In this document: one piece after another, positions 45,751 to 56,209 of the stretch
Numbering within the stretch: the first letter of the stretch is position 1
Layout of the letters: every line of letters starts with the position of its first letter
NCBI GenBank assembly: GCA_016211945.1
Contig: JACRHV010000004.1
Location: forward strand, 263,472 to 327,471
Origin: Minisyncoccota bacterium
GTDB lineage: Bacteria; Patescibacteriota; Microgenomatia; UBA1400; UBA12028
Length of the DNA: 64,000 nucleotides
Direction of reading: 5' to 3'
Program-made: the position numbers and the translations under genes
The notes under the pieces: generated by a model
The model's database searches: none
What the model saw: only the letters and a program-made list of their open reading frames with translations
Told to the model about the DNA's origin: nothing

Positions 45751-46449
45751 ATGCAAAACACTGTATTAGACACACAAAAGTTTGTTCTCGCGAATTGGAA
45801 ATCGCACAAAACATTAGAGGAGGCGGTTGGGTGGCTCGCGGAGGTTGGGCCACTCGGGACAAACTCTCCATATGAGGTTATTGTTTGTCCGCCGTTTCCG
45901 TTTTTGTATCCACTTTCTCAAGAAATTCGGGCAAAAAAATATCGTATTTCATTGGGCATACAGGATGTAAGTCCCTTTCCTGCCGGAGCATATACGGGTG
46001 CGGTGTGCGTACGGAATCTCAAAGGCCTTGGGGTAAAGTATGCGCTTGTGGGGCACAGTGAACGCAGAAATTATTTTCATGAAACTGTGCAGGAAATTGC
46101 AAATAAAGTGACACAACTTATTGAGGAAAATATCACACCAATTGTCTGTATTGATCGAGAACATACTATTGCACAGGCCAATGCATTGGAAGGGGGAGAA
46201 AGAAAACGCTGTCTGGTTTTGTATGAAACGGTTGGGCATATTGGAACAGGAGAGGTAGAGGACCTGCCAAGTGTTTTACGATCAGTGGATGAAATTCATC
46301 ACGCGTTTGGATTTCCTATCCCAGTGATCTATGGTGGCAGTGTAAGTGATACATCGCGCGATTTTTTTATGAAACATGAAAAACTCGCTGGGGTTGTCGT
46401 GGGAACAAAGAGTCTAGACCCAAAAGAATTCGCAAAAATTATTCAATGA
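45751..46449 (+). CDS. tpiA: triosephosphate isomerase
   Basis: ANWKSHKT (NWK), GHSERR, IVCIDRE..., GGSV. Start at the internal ATG at 45751. Confidence 0.85.
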   Translation: MQNTVLDTQKFVLANWKSHKTLEEAVGWLAEVGPLGTNSPYEVIVCPPFPFLYPLSQEIRAKKYRISLGIQDVSPFPAGAYTGAVCVRNLKGLGVKYALVGHSERRNYFHETVQEIANKVTQLIEENITPIVCIDREHTIAQANALEGGERKRCLVLYETVGHIGTGEVEDLPSVLRSVDEIHHAFGFPIPVIYGGSVSDTSRDFFMKHEKLAGVVVGTKSLDPKEFAKIIQ

Positions 46450-47542
46450 GTTTTTGTAAAAAATCCTTCACATGTCCTTCCGCCGAACTCACATATTTCT
46501 TTTTTTCTCTTTGGATTTGCGGAAGTAACTTCACCCAAGCTTTATTTTGAAATATCTCATACATTTGCTCAACCGCCTTCTTTGGATCAAGCTCTACCCA
46601 ACCAATGTTTTTCTCTTGAACATATGTCACATTCCCCTCCTCTTGACCGGGGATAAAACTCGTCGCCATGATGGCTTTTTCTAATGCAAGTGATTCAAAA
46701 AGAAAGTTTGGTCCTAACTTTCCACCAACAAAACATGCCCCTCGCATATATTCATCAATCGCATCTGTACTCGGCAAAACCAAAAGATGTTGTGTCTTTT
46801 TCTTTTCTGCATATGCCCGAATTGATTGTTCAAGTGAAACATTACTCCCCGTGTTCACTACACATCCGTACGACTGAAGAAAAGATGGGTGATCGATCAT
46901 TGCTTTCATGAGCTCAAATGTATTTCCAGCTCCTTGTCCTCCACTACCGATAAAGACGTATGGATATCCTGGTTCATATCTGATGTTCTGAGTCAGATCT
47001 AAAAATTGAGGGCGTAAAAACCACCCCACAACTTCACATGATGTTGGCGGAATGCCGTATGTTATCGCAACTTCTTTCGTCTCATCTGTGGGGAGAAGAA
47101 ACATATCTGAATCTGGCGATGAAAACCAAACAGCATGCGGGGTAAATGGGTCAGCAACATGGACGACTACTTTTGTGTGTGGACATGATGCTTTTCGTAA
47201 TACATTACGAAGATCTGCACAAAGCAATGGATGATTTGTAATGACCACATCCGGTTTCATATCGCGAAATGTTTTTTCTAGCAAAGGATATATCATCATT
47301 TTTGTTGGTAACGATGCGAAGAATCGCGTGTATTTTGAGTTCGTCATGTGGAAAAACACGCCATACAGGACTCGAAGTGGTCCACCAAATACTCCATATA
47401 TGTTCTCCATCCAACGAGAAAAATGATTGAATGGTAGAACCTCAATGTTTGAATACTTATTGAGATATTTTGTAAGCGCAAGTGCGAGACTTCGATGTCC
47501 ACCACCGGTCTCTGAGTACAGAATCATAATACGTGTTTTCAT
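46439..47542 (-). CDS. GT28-family glycosyltransferase (MGDG synthase/UgtP/MurG-like)
   Basis: N-terminal ILYSETGGGHRS glycine loop typical of GT28 diacylglycerol glycosyltransferases. Confidence 0.55.
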   Translation of the reverse strand: MKTRIMILYSETGGGHRSLALALTKYLNKYSNIEVLPFNHFSRWMENIYGVFGGPLRVLYGVFFHMTNSKYTRFFASLPTKMMIYPLLEKTFRDMKPDVVITNHPLLCADLRNVLRKASCPHTKVVVHVADPFTPHAVWFSSPDSDMFLLPTDETKEVAITYGIPPTSCEVVGWFLRPQFLDLTQNIRYEPGYPYVFIGSGGQGAGNTFELMKAMIDHPSFLQSYGCVVNTGSNVSLEQSIRAYAEKKKTQHLLVLPSTDAIDEYMRGACFVGGKLGPNFLFESLALEKAIMATSFIPGQEEGNVTYVQEKNIGWVELDPKKAVEQMYEIFQNKAWVKLLPQIQREKKKYVSSAEGHVKDFLQKLIE

Positions 47543-47546
47543 ATGT

Positions 47547-49217
47547 TTATTCTATTTTATAAATCGAGTATCGATTGCTTTCTATGATTTTTTTGTATCG
47601 TTTTTCGTAATACTCCTCATTCCCACCATATTCACCACGCACCTTGTCATCAAACACAACATATGAAACGTGATATTGCTTCAACAAAGCCTCCGTTTCT
47701 ATACTTCCCTTGAACATGGTCATAACATCTTGCTCAATAGGATAATAATCGAATCCGTAGGTCCATAGCCATCCACGAAACCCCATCACCACTTGTCTTC
47801 CGGACAAATTCATCACAGGATTGTTATGTGAATCAGAAGTAAGAAATATGGCATCCCTTGGAGTATATTTTCTGAGATACTCCACCATCACCAAATCGTC
47901 TTTTCCATACATACTCCAGTTATGCTTATTTTTGTCTACTGCACCATATGCATCAAGCATTCCTGAAAATATTGCCGTGATAAATAACAATATACCCAAT
48001 ACTTTTATGCTTCTTTGTTTTTTCATAAGAAGGGCATAGATTACCTGACCCGCTAACCCAGAAATTCCAAGAGATGCCCATACCAGTAATTTTGTATTAT
48101 CCCAAACGTATGGCTGAAAAAGGAAAAGGTTTAAAAGAACAAAAATAAACAAAAAAGGCGCTGTTATGTATTGAATTCTTTTTTGTGATCGCAACCATCC
48201 AATAATGCTAAGCGGGAGCGTTACTCCCCAGTTTACAATCCAAAACACAAACCAACTCATGTCTTTATGTTCTGCGTATCTATTAACAAACCAACCAGGA
48301 TACCACTGGATAAAACTCCCCTGAACTGTTTTGTTCACTGTTGGAATGTACCACACTACAATAACTGGACTTGCTATGAACAGCGTTGCCACTCCAAATA
48401 ACGCCCAACAAAACAGCGCATGAACTCTCGATTCATCATCTTCTTTCCTCATCACTGACCACGTCATCCACCATAACAATACAATGGCCATCATCATAAA
48501 CGAATGCATATGAATGAGAGGCATAAATCCAGCTAAAACTCCCATCACAAAAAATATTCTACTGTTCCACATCTTTCTTTTTTTCTGAATCTGCCTATAT
48601 ATTCCAATAAACACAAGTAGCGCTATTGGAAAACCAAACGTAAACGATCGTTGGGGAACAATCATGCTCGTTATAACACTGATCCATTCGATACCATACT
48701 GTGAGAGATGTGTATACTCTTTTGTAAAACCAAAAAATGTCTGCATGTTTGGGTTGTTCACGACATCTCGGAAATACCAAAGAAATCCAAGTCCTCCATT
48801 GAGAAGAAAAATCATTGAGGACAATATCGCAATACCTCTTGATCTAAACACGATTTTATAGAGAAAGAAAAGAGCAACAACAAAGATTAAACTGTATACA
48901 TAGCTTGGTAGTACGAATGCTGAAAAAAACTCCATACCGTATCGAATGAATACACCGCTGATCCAGTTCACAAGAAATGGATATGAGAACGTTGCACCAT
49001 ACAAAAGCGGGTGATGCGTCAACCACAGTGATCGATATGCAAACGAACTCCCTTGTGTAAAATGCATTGCCCAGTCGCCCCAAACATTTATCCCCCCAAC
49101 ACGAAGATCTTGACCGTCAAAAGCAATCATGTTCCACCATAAAAATGAAAAATACAAAAACCAACCGATGAAGAACAATAAAACAAAAAATCTATTGAGA
49201 TGCGAACGAGAAAACAT
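47547..49217 (-). CDS. large polytopic membrane protein, putative GT-C-type glycosyltransferase with a C-terminal soluble domain
   Basis: 556 aa, about 13 TM helices, then a 130-aa hydrophilic C-terminal domain. No precise family assigned. Confidence 0.35.
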   Translation of the reverse strand: MFSRSHLNRFFVLLFFIGWFLYFSFLWWNMIAFDGQDLRVGGINVWGDWAMHFTQGSSFAYRSLWLTHHPLLYGATFSYPFLVNWISGVFIRYGMEFFSAFVLPSYVYSLIFVVALFFLYKIVFRSRGIAILSSMIFLLNGGLGFLWYFRDVVNNPNMQTFFGFTKEYTHLSQYGIEWISVITSMIVPQRSFTFGFPIALLVFIGIYRQIQKKRKMWNSRIFFVMGVLAGFMPLIHMHSFMMMAIVLLWWMTWSVMRKEDDESRVHALFCWALFGVATLFIASPVIVVWYIPTVNKTVQGSFIQWYPGWFVNRYAEHKDMSWFVFWIVNWGVTLPLSIIGWLRSQKRIQYITAPFLFIFVLLNLFLFQPYVWDNTKLLVWASLGISGLAGQVIYALLMKKQRSIKVLGILLFITAIFSGMLDAYGAVDKNKHNWSMYGKDDLVMVEYLRKYTPRDAIFLTSDSHNNPVMNLSGRQVVMGFRGWLWTYGFDYYPIEQDVMTMFKGSIETEALLKQYHVSYVVFDDKVRGEYGGNEEYYEKRYKKIIESNRYSIYKIE

Positions 49218-49219
49218 AC

Positions 49220-50485
49220 GTGTATTATTTAAGCATGAAATACCTGATCCTTATACTTGTCTTTGCTTTTGCAGTACGCATGTATCATCTGACAACGCCC
49301 CCCACTTACTATTTTGATGAGGTATATCATGCCGTAACCGCGAAACTGTATGCACGCAACGATCCTGCGGGGTATGAGTGGTGGCATCCCGCACCCGAGC
49401 CAGACACTGCTATTGAATGGCTTCATCCTCCCCTCGCAAAACTCACACAGGCAGTTGGAATTGTTTTGTTTGGGGAGAACGCGATGGGATGGAGAATCTC
49501 ATCAGTTGTATTTGGTTTGGGAGTGATCGTACTGACATATGTATTGGCACTTCAAATATTCAAAGTGGAACGTATTGCCCTGCTGTCAGCATTACTTGTA
49601 AGTATTGATGGTCTACTCTTCACACAATCGCGTATCGCAATGAATGATATTCATGTTGTTTTCTTTATCCTTCTTTCACTTATTACGTATCTCAATTGGA
49701 AAGAACAGAAGATTTCACAAAAGAAACTCTTATTGTTGTCAGGTATTGCTGCGGGACTTGCTATCTCAACAAAGTGGAGCGGTATTTTCGTTCTTGGAAT
49801 TTATGGTGTCGATCAACTTCTTACATGGATAAAGGCATGGAAACTCCCAAATTTTCGAGTTATGTTCCACTATACATTCGCTTGGATCATTATTCCATTT
49901 ATTGTCTACATCATTTCGTATACCCAATTTTGGCTACAAGGACACACAATTGATCAGTTTATTGAACTTCATAAACAAACTTGGTATTACCAGACGCATC
50001 TCACGGCAACTCATACATATCAGTCTACACCCCTGCAATGGGTATTTGATCTCAGACCTGTGTGGTTCCACGTACAGTATGAATCTGGGAAAATCGCAAA
50101 TATTTATGATCTCGGCAACCCATTACTGTTATATGGTGGGTTTGTCGCTCTTCTGTATCTTTTTGCACAGAGTATTCACAAGTTTGAGTGGAGAAAATGG
50201 TTTCTTGTTCTCTCGTATTTCGGAGTATGGTTTGTGTGGATGTGGTCACCACGCATCATGTTTTTTTATCATTATGCGCCTGCTATTCCCCTCCTCAGCA
50301 TTGCGTTCGGATGGTGTATACATGATCTCACAAAAAAGAAAACCATTCTTCTTACGACGTTTGGATACCTCCTTATTTCACTGAGCATTGTATGGTTTAT
50401 CGTGTTTTATCCAAACATGGTCGGGCTTTTTGTTCCCATTGAGTTTGCTGAAAAAGTTTATTTTGCAATACCCGGGTGGAGATAA
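49220..50485 (+). CDS. PMT-family (GT39) polyprenyl-phosphate-mannose-dependent protein O-mannosyltransferase-like protein
   Basis: Loop 1 YYFDEVYHAVTAKLYARNDPAGYEWWHPAPE...HPPLAKL with the DE motif characteristic of PMT/GT39. Confidence 0.65.
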   Translation: MYYLSMKYLILILVFAFAVRMYHLTTPPTYYFDEVYHAVTAKLYARNDPAGYEWWHPAPEPDTAIEWLHPPLAKLTQAVGIVLFGENAMGWRISSVVFGLGVIVLTYVLALQIFKVERIALLSALLVSIDGLLFTQSRIAMNDIHVVFFILLSLITYLNWKEQKISQKKLLLLSGIAAGLAISTKWSGIFVLGIYGVDQLLTWIKAWKLPNFRVMFHYTFAWIIIPFIVYIISYTQFWLQGHTIDQFIELHKQTWYYQTHLTATHTYQSTPLQWVFDLRPVWFHVQYESGKIANIYDLGNPLLLYGGFVALLYLFAQSIHKFEWRKWFLVLSYFGVWFVWMWSPRIMFFYHYAPAIPLLSIAFGWCIHDLTKKKTILLTTFGYLLISLSIVWFIVFYPNMVGLFVPIEFAEKVYFAIPGWR

Positions 50486-53400
50486 CTACAATAATTTCAT
50501 TTGCTCAACGACCTGTTGTGGAATACCGTTTGGCCAACAATGGTGATGAAATTCACACTGTTTACATAACGCATAATTATCTGTCTTAGGAAAATGTAAT
50601 GCACGAATTTCTTTCATCACATCTTTAATAATGGTACGGAGTTCATCAACTTCTTCTTTGTTTAATGAAAATTCCTCTCGTCGAAACTTCTTTGTCTGCT
50701 TATCTTGCTCAACAAAATCAAAAATTCCTCGTTCAACCTTCAATGCAAATGTCTGATCCAAGTCTGCGAGGAGTTTGTAAAAAAGAAGCTGGCGTTTGTA
50801 GTCTCCTGTGCTATTCGCAGTTTTCCCTTCAATTTCATTTCTTGTTTTTGGCTGGCCGGTTTTGTAATCCACAACAGCGACCGACTTTTTCTTTGGATCA
50901 ATCCATTCAATTTTATCTATTCTCCCGCCGATGCGAACATCATCAACATAGACACGAGACCAACCATATCCCAAAAATTTCTCCAAAAATACGGGTTTCC
51001 CCAATTGATCTTTATACTCATCATAGTATGCCGATAACACTTTTCTTCCTTGATGAAGACGCGTAAGTTCTTCTTCTGGTGTAAGCACTTCTTTTTTTAG
51101 AGCAGTTTCAAATTGATTGACCATGTATTCTTTTTGAGGAACGTCACCTGTTTCAATAATTTTGCGATACACCATTTCCAATGCTTTATGCACCGCGGTT
51201 CCAAACGCAAGATAGTCTTGTTTTGCCCGAGGAACTTTGACCAGGACATTTAATTTAAACTTATATGCGCACGCTAAATACGTATTCATTGCTGTCGGTG
51301 TCAAGGTAAAGTCTTCAAGGAGTCCACGAAGCCAATCATCTTCCTCAATTCTTGGAACTTTATGTTCCGGTGTTTTCATGAGACGTTGGAGAGAGGCAAC
51401 TGTTTGCGACTCAAGTGGCTTATTCTCAATATCCTGTCGCAAGTTTTCTGGAATTTCTTCTATAAACATCGTTCGCGTATTTTCTTTTGATTTGTTTCCC
51501 ACGATTGTTGTCTGCGCATAGGACACGACAACCTGTTTTTTCGCGCGCGTGAGCGCAACATAGAAGAGACGGCGTTCATCCTCGTTTTCTTCTTTCTTCT
51601 CAAGTTTTGTAAACTTTATCATGCCTTCGGGAAGGGTAATGAGGTCTTTTGTTCGAACATTTCCCCATTTCCCGTCGAGCGCTCGAATAATGAACACATA
51701 CTCCCACTCCATTCCTTTTGCGCTGTGTGCCGTACTCAACTTCACCGCATTGGTACGAATATGAATATCTTCTTCTGTAATTGCAATGTGATGCTCCCGC
51801 ATTGTTTTAATGGTGTCTAAAAATGATTGTAGATTGAGCGCATGATGATGTTTTGCAACATTTTTTACTTCACTGAATAACGATTGCACTGCATTCATTG
51901 CATCCACAACGCTTTCATTATGTAAAGTCCAAGATAAGAATCCACTTTCATTCATCACTGTTTCAAACCATTGCGGAAATGTTGTTTGCGCATCCAGTTG
52001 CGACCATCGAACAATGTTTTCTATGAAAGAAACAATTTTTTTGCCATCCTCCAGTTCTATCCCGCCAAAATGGTCTTGATGAAGAATAGAAAACATTGAC
52101 GTTTTCTTGAGTGCGGCCTGACGTGCTATTTTGAGAATGTCTAGCGCATTGAGGTTTACCCATTCGTAGTTCAGCAGGGTGAAAAGATCAAGATCCTCGT
52201 GATTAGTCCGCACATCACAAATAACCTGAAACAGCACGAGGAGTTGGTGAACAATAGGGGAGTCGAGAATATCGGCCCCGCCACCAACCTCATACGGAAT
52301 TCCCCATTTTGTAAAGGCATCCTCTAGCGCAAGGCTATCTGCATTATTTTTATAGAGAACAGCAATTTCACTTGGCTCCACTCCCTTTTTAATGAGCTTT
52401 TGTACTTCTTCCGCCACGTATATTGTTTCGAGTGGATCAGAGGAACACGACACCACATGGATAGGCGTGTTTGCATGTTTGGTCTGCGTACGCAATGGCG
52501 AAGGATTTATTTTTAGCTTTTTTGATGATGAAGCCAGCGTTGTGTTTGTAAGCCCATTTTTTCGAATCAAATGGTGCGCTGCATCAAGAATGGATTGCGC
52601 TGATCGATAACTGTTTTCCAGCGTTATATATGTGGCGTTTGGATTTTTTTTCATAAATGCAAGACTGTTTTCTATAGAGGCGCCTTGGAATCGGTACAAA
52701 CTTTGATCGCTATCTCCAACAACAAAAATATTTGCCTCATCGCCCCAGTATGAGGTGAGTGCATGTAACACGTTGAGTTGCGCATTGTTCGTGTCCTGAA
52801 ACTCATCAACAAGCACATATTGAAAACGTTCCTGATAGGACTGCAGAAGAACTGGATCATGCGTAAACGCCTCAACCGTAGACGAGATCATGTCCTCAAA
52901 GTCGTATCGATTCATTTCTTTTAATTTTTGTTGATAGAGGATATAGACTTGAAGTAATTCAAGTTGTTTTGCATAGACGCGCTCATGTTTTTTCTTTTCG
53001 GTTTCTTTGAGATCCTCGTTCTGAGACCGCTGCCGATCTTTTTCAATCAATATTCTGAGTGCGTCCTCATTCACACCTTCCCGCTTCATATTTTGGATAG
53101 ACCACAAACAATCTTTCACATAAAAAAGGGGACTGTTTATTGGTTTTATCGCTTCAAATGATTGAGACCGCAAAATGTCTTCTATAATTGTAAATCTTTC
53201 GAGATCAGAGAGCGGTTCAGCATCACGGGAAAAAGGAAAATATTCTGGATTCGACTGAATAATGTCTGAACAAAACGCGTGGAATGTTGAGATATTCACG
53301 TAGTACGCGTCTGCACCAATAATCGAGAGAAGACGATCACGCATTGCCTTGACTGCGGACTCAGTGAAGGTGAGTGCGAGAATGTTGCGTGGAACAGTAT

Positions 53401-53602
53401 CCGTTTTTTTGAGAATTTGTGCGATACGAAGAGCCAATACCTGCGTCTTCCCTGTTCCAGGCCCAGCAATAACCATGACCGGGCCTTCAATGGTGTCCAC
53501 CGCACGCTTTTGTTCCAAGTTGAGTTTGGTGTACTCTTTATCAAAAATCGTCTGAGGTTTTTTGGTTGGAGTTGGGGGGAGATTTTCGTTCTTCCTTGGC
53601 AT
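50486..53602 (-). CDS. UvrD-type helicase fused to a C-terminal RecB-like PD-(D/E)xK nuclease with a Cys cluster (AddA/AddB-like single polypeptide)
   Basis: Walker A AGPGTGKTQVLA, DEFQDTN, helicase motifs. C-terminal VAVVDYKTGQPK (RecB nuclease motif) and CKQCEFHHHCWP cysteine cluster. 1038 aa. Confidence 0.75.
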   Translation of the reverse strand: MPRKNENLPPTPTKKPQTIFDKEYTKLNLEQKRAVDTIEGPVMVIAGPGTGKTQVLALRIAQILKKTDTVPRNILALTFTESAVKAMRDRLLSIIGADAYYVNISTFHAFCSDIIQSNPEYFPFSRDAEPLSDLERFTIIEDILRSQSFEAIKPINSPLFYVKDCLWSIQNMKREGVNEDALRILIEKDRQRSQNEDLKETEKKKHERVYAKQLELLQVYILYQQKLKEMNRYDFEDMISSTVEAFTHDPVLLQSYQERFQYVLVDEFQDTNNAQLNVLHALTSYWGDEANIFVVGDSDQSLYRFQGASIENSLAFMKKNPNATYITLENSYRSAQSILDAAHHLIRKNGLTNTTLASSSKKLKINPSPLRTQTKHANTPIHVVSCSSDPLETIYVAEEVQKLIKKGVEPSEIAVLYKNNADSLALEDAFTKWGIPYEVGGGADILDSPIVHQLLVLFQVICDVRTNHEDLDLFTLLNYEWVNLNALDILKIARQAALKKTSMFSILHQDHFGGIELEDGKKIVSFIENIVRWSQLDAQTTFPQWFETVMNESGFLSWTLHNESVVDAMNAVQSLFSEVKNVAKHHHALNLQSFLDTIKTMREHHIAITEEDIHIRTNAVKLSTAHSAKGMEWEYVFIIRALDGKWGNVRTKDLITLPEGMIKFTKLEKKEENEDERRLFYVALTRAKKQVVVSYAQTTIVGNKSKENTRTMFIEEIPENLRQDIENKPLESQTVASLQRLMKTPEHKVPRIEEDDWLRGLLEDFTLTPTAMNTYLACAYKFKLNVLVKVPRAKQDYLAFGTAVHKALEMVYRKIIETGDVPQKEYMVNQFETALKKEVLTPEEELTRLHQGRKVLSAYYDEYKDQLGKPVFLEKFLGYGWSRVYVDDVRIGGRIDKIEWIDPKKKSVAVVDYKTGQPKTRNEIEGKTANSTGDYKRQLLFYKLLADLDQTFALKVERGIFDFVEQDKQTKKFRREEFSLNKEEVDELRTIIKDVMKEIRALHFPKTDNYALCKQCEFHHHCWPNGIPQQVVEQMKLL

Positions 53603-53672
53603 GAGACTGTTGTACCGTATAAGAAACCGAAAAACAAGCGAAGGAGGAGTATCTGCCGAAGCAAATGAGAAA

Positions 53673-53978
53673 TCAAGATTCTGTGGTATCTTGTTGTTCT
53701 TCCTTCTCTGTCACATCGATCGTATACTGAACCTTCATATCATCAAGCATGAGATAAAAAGCTTTCGTGTACGTTGATGGCCCTTTTAGCGTTAATGTGG
53801 GATTGTCTGATGAATTATCAAAAGACACACTCACTTGTCCCTGTATACCTTGCTGTTTAGCCAAATTAAGCGCAGCGCGGGCCACATCAAACCCTTTCAT
53901 TCCTTCATCATAAGAGGCAAATACTAAACGTATCTCGTCAGGAAAAATAAAAATGATGTTTTTTTCTAAATCAGACAT
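53673..53978 (-). CDS. hypothetical protein (about 101 aa)
   Basis: The track ORF starts at TTG 54020, overlapping the upstream gene. The ATG at 53978 lies 4 nt after the upstream stop. No family recognised. Confidence 0.3.
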   Translation of the reverse strand: MSDLEKNIIFIFPDEIRLVFASYDEGMKGFDVARAALNLAKQQGIQGQVSVSFDNSSDNPTLTLKGPSTYTKAFYLMLDDMKVQYTIDVTEKEEQQDTTES

Positions 53979-53982
53979 ATGT

Positions 53983-55038
53983 TTAAGCCAACTTGTTTTG
54001 TGTTGTATATGCCTCAACAATTTTCATCCATTCAGCTTGAAACTCCATATGTTTCTTCATAGAGTCTCCGCCTGTTGGGTGCTGTAACTCCATACCAACG
54101 GATCCTTTTTTAACCTTCACTTTAAAATCAGCAGATCCGGGGGATGCCTCTTCACCTTCAATTGCAATCACACGCGCCTCCCACAAATAATGTTTCACCA
54201 ATCGCCGAAAATCCTTCTGCAAAGCACTGGGAATAATAAGGGTGTACGGATACATAGGTCCACGTTCTTCATGACCAACGACTTGATCGTACATTGCTTG
54301 TTTATCCTCTTTGTTCCACTTCAAGCCCCCTTCGGTACGTAGCCGCCTCCAAATCCCAACAATCTCCGGACTCGCCTTATCTTGAGCATTTTCAAGATAT
54401 ATAACATCACCCAATGGGGTGATTAAACAATCTTTGTGTGCAATCAAATCTTGGATTTGAGGATCATTGTCATTTGCAAACAGAGATACAAACAAACGAT
54501 TGAGGAAATGGTTGATAACAAAATGAACCATCGCTTCGGTTTGTAATCCTTTTGTGTGTCCCCAAATTGCGTGATCTGCCTTTTCTGAAACACCATCATG
54601 AATTGTTTCATTAGCTTCTGCTAATTCATGTCCCTCTGTCATACGAGTTGTTAGATCTATAATAGCGCGCTGAAATGTTTCAGAGGCAATATCTGAGACT
54701 TTTATGATATTCATCAAAAGTGTTTGTAGTCTCTCTGGACCAAGGGTATCAACAAAAACTTCAGCACCACCTCGAGAAACCTGTTTGGTACTATCGCCTG
54801 CAGTCTCTTGATTTACCCGCTCAATAACAGTGCGTTCTTCGGGTGAAAGCAAAGCGAGATGTCGGATGATCTTGAGGTAATCTATGTACATTCTTACAAT
54901 ATAGCGAAGCGGCTCTTCTCCAAGCTCATCGTTGTAGTTTGTACGAAGAACATCAATTGCATGTTGAAGTTCCGGTAATTTTGATAGTCTCTGGACAACT
55001 TCTTCTATTATTTTTCTTGACTGTTCATGGTAGTTCAT
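53983..55038 (-). CDS. hypothetical protein (351 aa)
   Basis: ORF-track entry. Mostly alpha-helical-looking. No recognisable motifs. Confidence 0.35.
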   Translation of the reverse strand: MNYHEQSRKIIEEVVQRLSKLPELQHAIDVLRTNYNDELGEEPLRYIVRMYIDYLKIIRHLALLSPEERTVIERVNQETAGDSTKQVSRGGAEVFVDTLGPERLQTLLMNIIKVSDIASETFQRAIIDLTTRMTEGHELAEANETIHDGVSEKADHAIWGHTKGLQTEAMVHFVINHFLNRLFVSLFANDNDPQIQDLIAHKDCLITPLGDVIYLENAQDKASPEIVGIWRRLRTEGGLKWNKEDKQAMYDQVVGHEERGPMYPYTLIIPSALQKDFRRLVKHYLWEARVIAIEGEEASPGSADFKVKVKKGSVGMELQHPTGGDSMKKHMEFQAEWMKIVEAYTTQNKLA

Positions 55039-55164
55039 GAGGGAATTATACTACTCGATATTTTCTTGGGGGGAAATTAGCGGAAAAATCGTTATATTGA
55101 AAAATGAAGTTTAGGAAAACGAACCTTCCAGCAATTGGATTATGGTTGCAGAAAAATAATTCTT

Positions 55165-55974
55165 TTACTGCTTTGCACGAATAATATCTTGCAATTTCGC
55201 ATGAATACCGGGGGCACCCATACAAATCGTGAAGTTCTCCTGTGCTCTCTCTAATGGACGTGAATAATTCATTGGTTTGCCCCAAAAATCTGTTACAACC
55301 CCACCGGCTTCCTCAATAATAGGCTGAACTGCAACGTTGTCCCATATCTTCGTTGTTTGATTGAGAAACGCACCATATTTTCCATCGGCGACGTGCGCCA
55401 TATCATATGCACTATTCGTTGTTCTTAAGTTTCGAATACCCAGAATAATCTTTCCCAATATCTCGACTTCCTTTACTGTTCTTTGTGGATCTTCTTGATG
55501 TCCATCGATGCCATATGCGACTAATATAGAAAGTGGATCTGTTTTTTCGGTAACCCGAATTTTCACACCATTACACGTAGTTCCAAAACTCTTTTCTGCA
55601 ATAAACAGTTGAGAAAAGGCTGGAAGAGCAATGCCACCTGCTATGGGGATATCACCATCAAGTAAACCAACCATAATGCCATATGTGGGCAATCCTGCGA
55701 CAAAATTGCTTGTTCCATCAATTGGATCTACTACCCAAGTAAATCGACTTTCACGATCTATAACACCCGCTTCTTCATCAATAATATTGTAGTCAGGAAA
55801 AACTTTTTGAATGCGCTGAATAATTTCTTTCCCTACAGCAAGATCTGTCTCTGTTAATACTTGATTGTTGTCACCTTGTTTTACTGTCTCCGCAACCTTT
55901 CCCCAATTGTCATGTGCAATTCGGGAAACTGCATCTAAAGTTTGAGAGATAAAGTTAAGGTACTTTGGTGACAT
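55165..55974 (-). CDS. suhB: inositol monophosphatase family protein (SuhB/IMPase/FBPase class IV-like)
   Basis: WVVDPIDGTSNF, EEAGG motif. Confidence 0.8.
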   Translation of the reverse strand: MSPKYLNFISQTLDAVSRIAHDNWGKVAETVKQGDNNQVLTETDLAVGKEIIQRIQKVFPDYNIIDEEAGVIDRESRFTWVVDPIDGTSNFVAGLPTYGIMVGLLDGDIPIAGGIALPAFSQLFIAEKSFGTTCNGVKIRVTEKTDPLSILVAYGIDGHQEDPQRTVKEVEILGKIILGIRNLRTTNSAYDMAHVADGKYGAFLNQTTKIWDNVAVQPIIEEAGGVVTDFWGKPMNYSRPLERAQENFTICMGAPGIHAKLQDIIRAKQ

Positions 55975-56017
55975 ACATCAAGATTATCCTAAGTGGGTCG
56001 ATTTATCAATCCTTTTG

Positions 56018-56090
56018 TCGGGGTGGTGAGACTCGAACTCACGACCTCCGCACCCCCAGCGCGGCGCTCTACCAACTAAGCCACACCCCG
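56018..56090 (-). tRNA. tRNA-Pro (anticodon GGG)
   Basis: 73-nt cloverleaf. Acceptor CGGGGUG/CACCCCG (C1:G72 as typical for tRNA-Pro), anticodon stem CCGCG/UGCGG with loop CUGGGGG, T-arm GUGAG-UUCGAGU-CUCAC, discriminator A. Confidence 0.8.
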
Positions 56091-56165
56091 AACTTTTGAC
56101 ATTCTACCACGCCCCTAAATTTTCTGATTATTACGTAGTCTCACTCAAGAAAAACCACTTTCCCT

Positions 56166-56201
56166 TTTGTAAGCTAATTGTAAGATTCGCGTGATATTGT
56201 A
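56166..56201 (+). promoter_or_regulatory. Conserved 36-nt element, copy 2 (TTTGTAAGCTAATTGTAAGATTCG + CGTGATATTGTA)
   Basis: Near-identical to 23474-23509. Ends 8 nt before the ATG at 56210. About 75 nt from the 5' end of the divergent tRNA-Pro. Confidence 0.5.
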
Positions 56202-56209
56202 TCTGCAGA

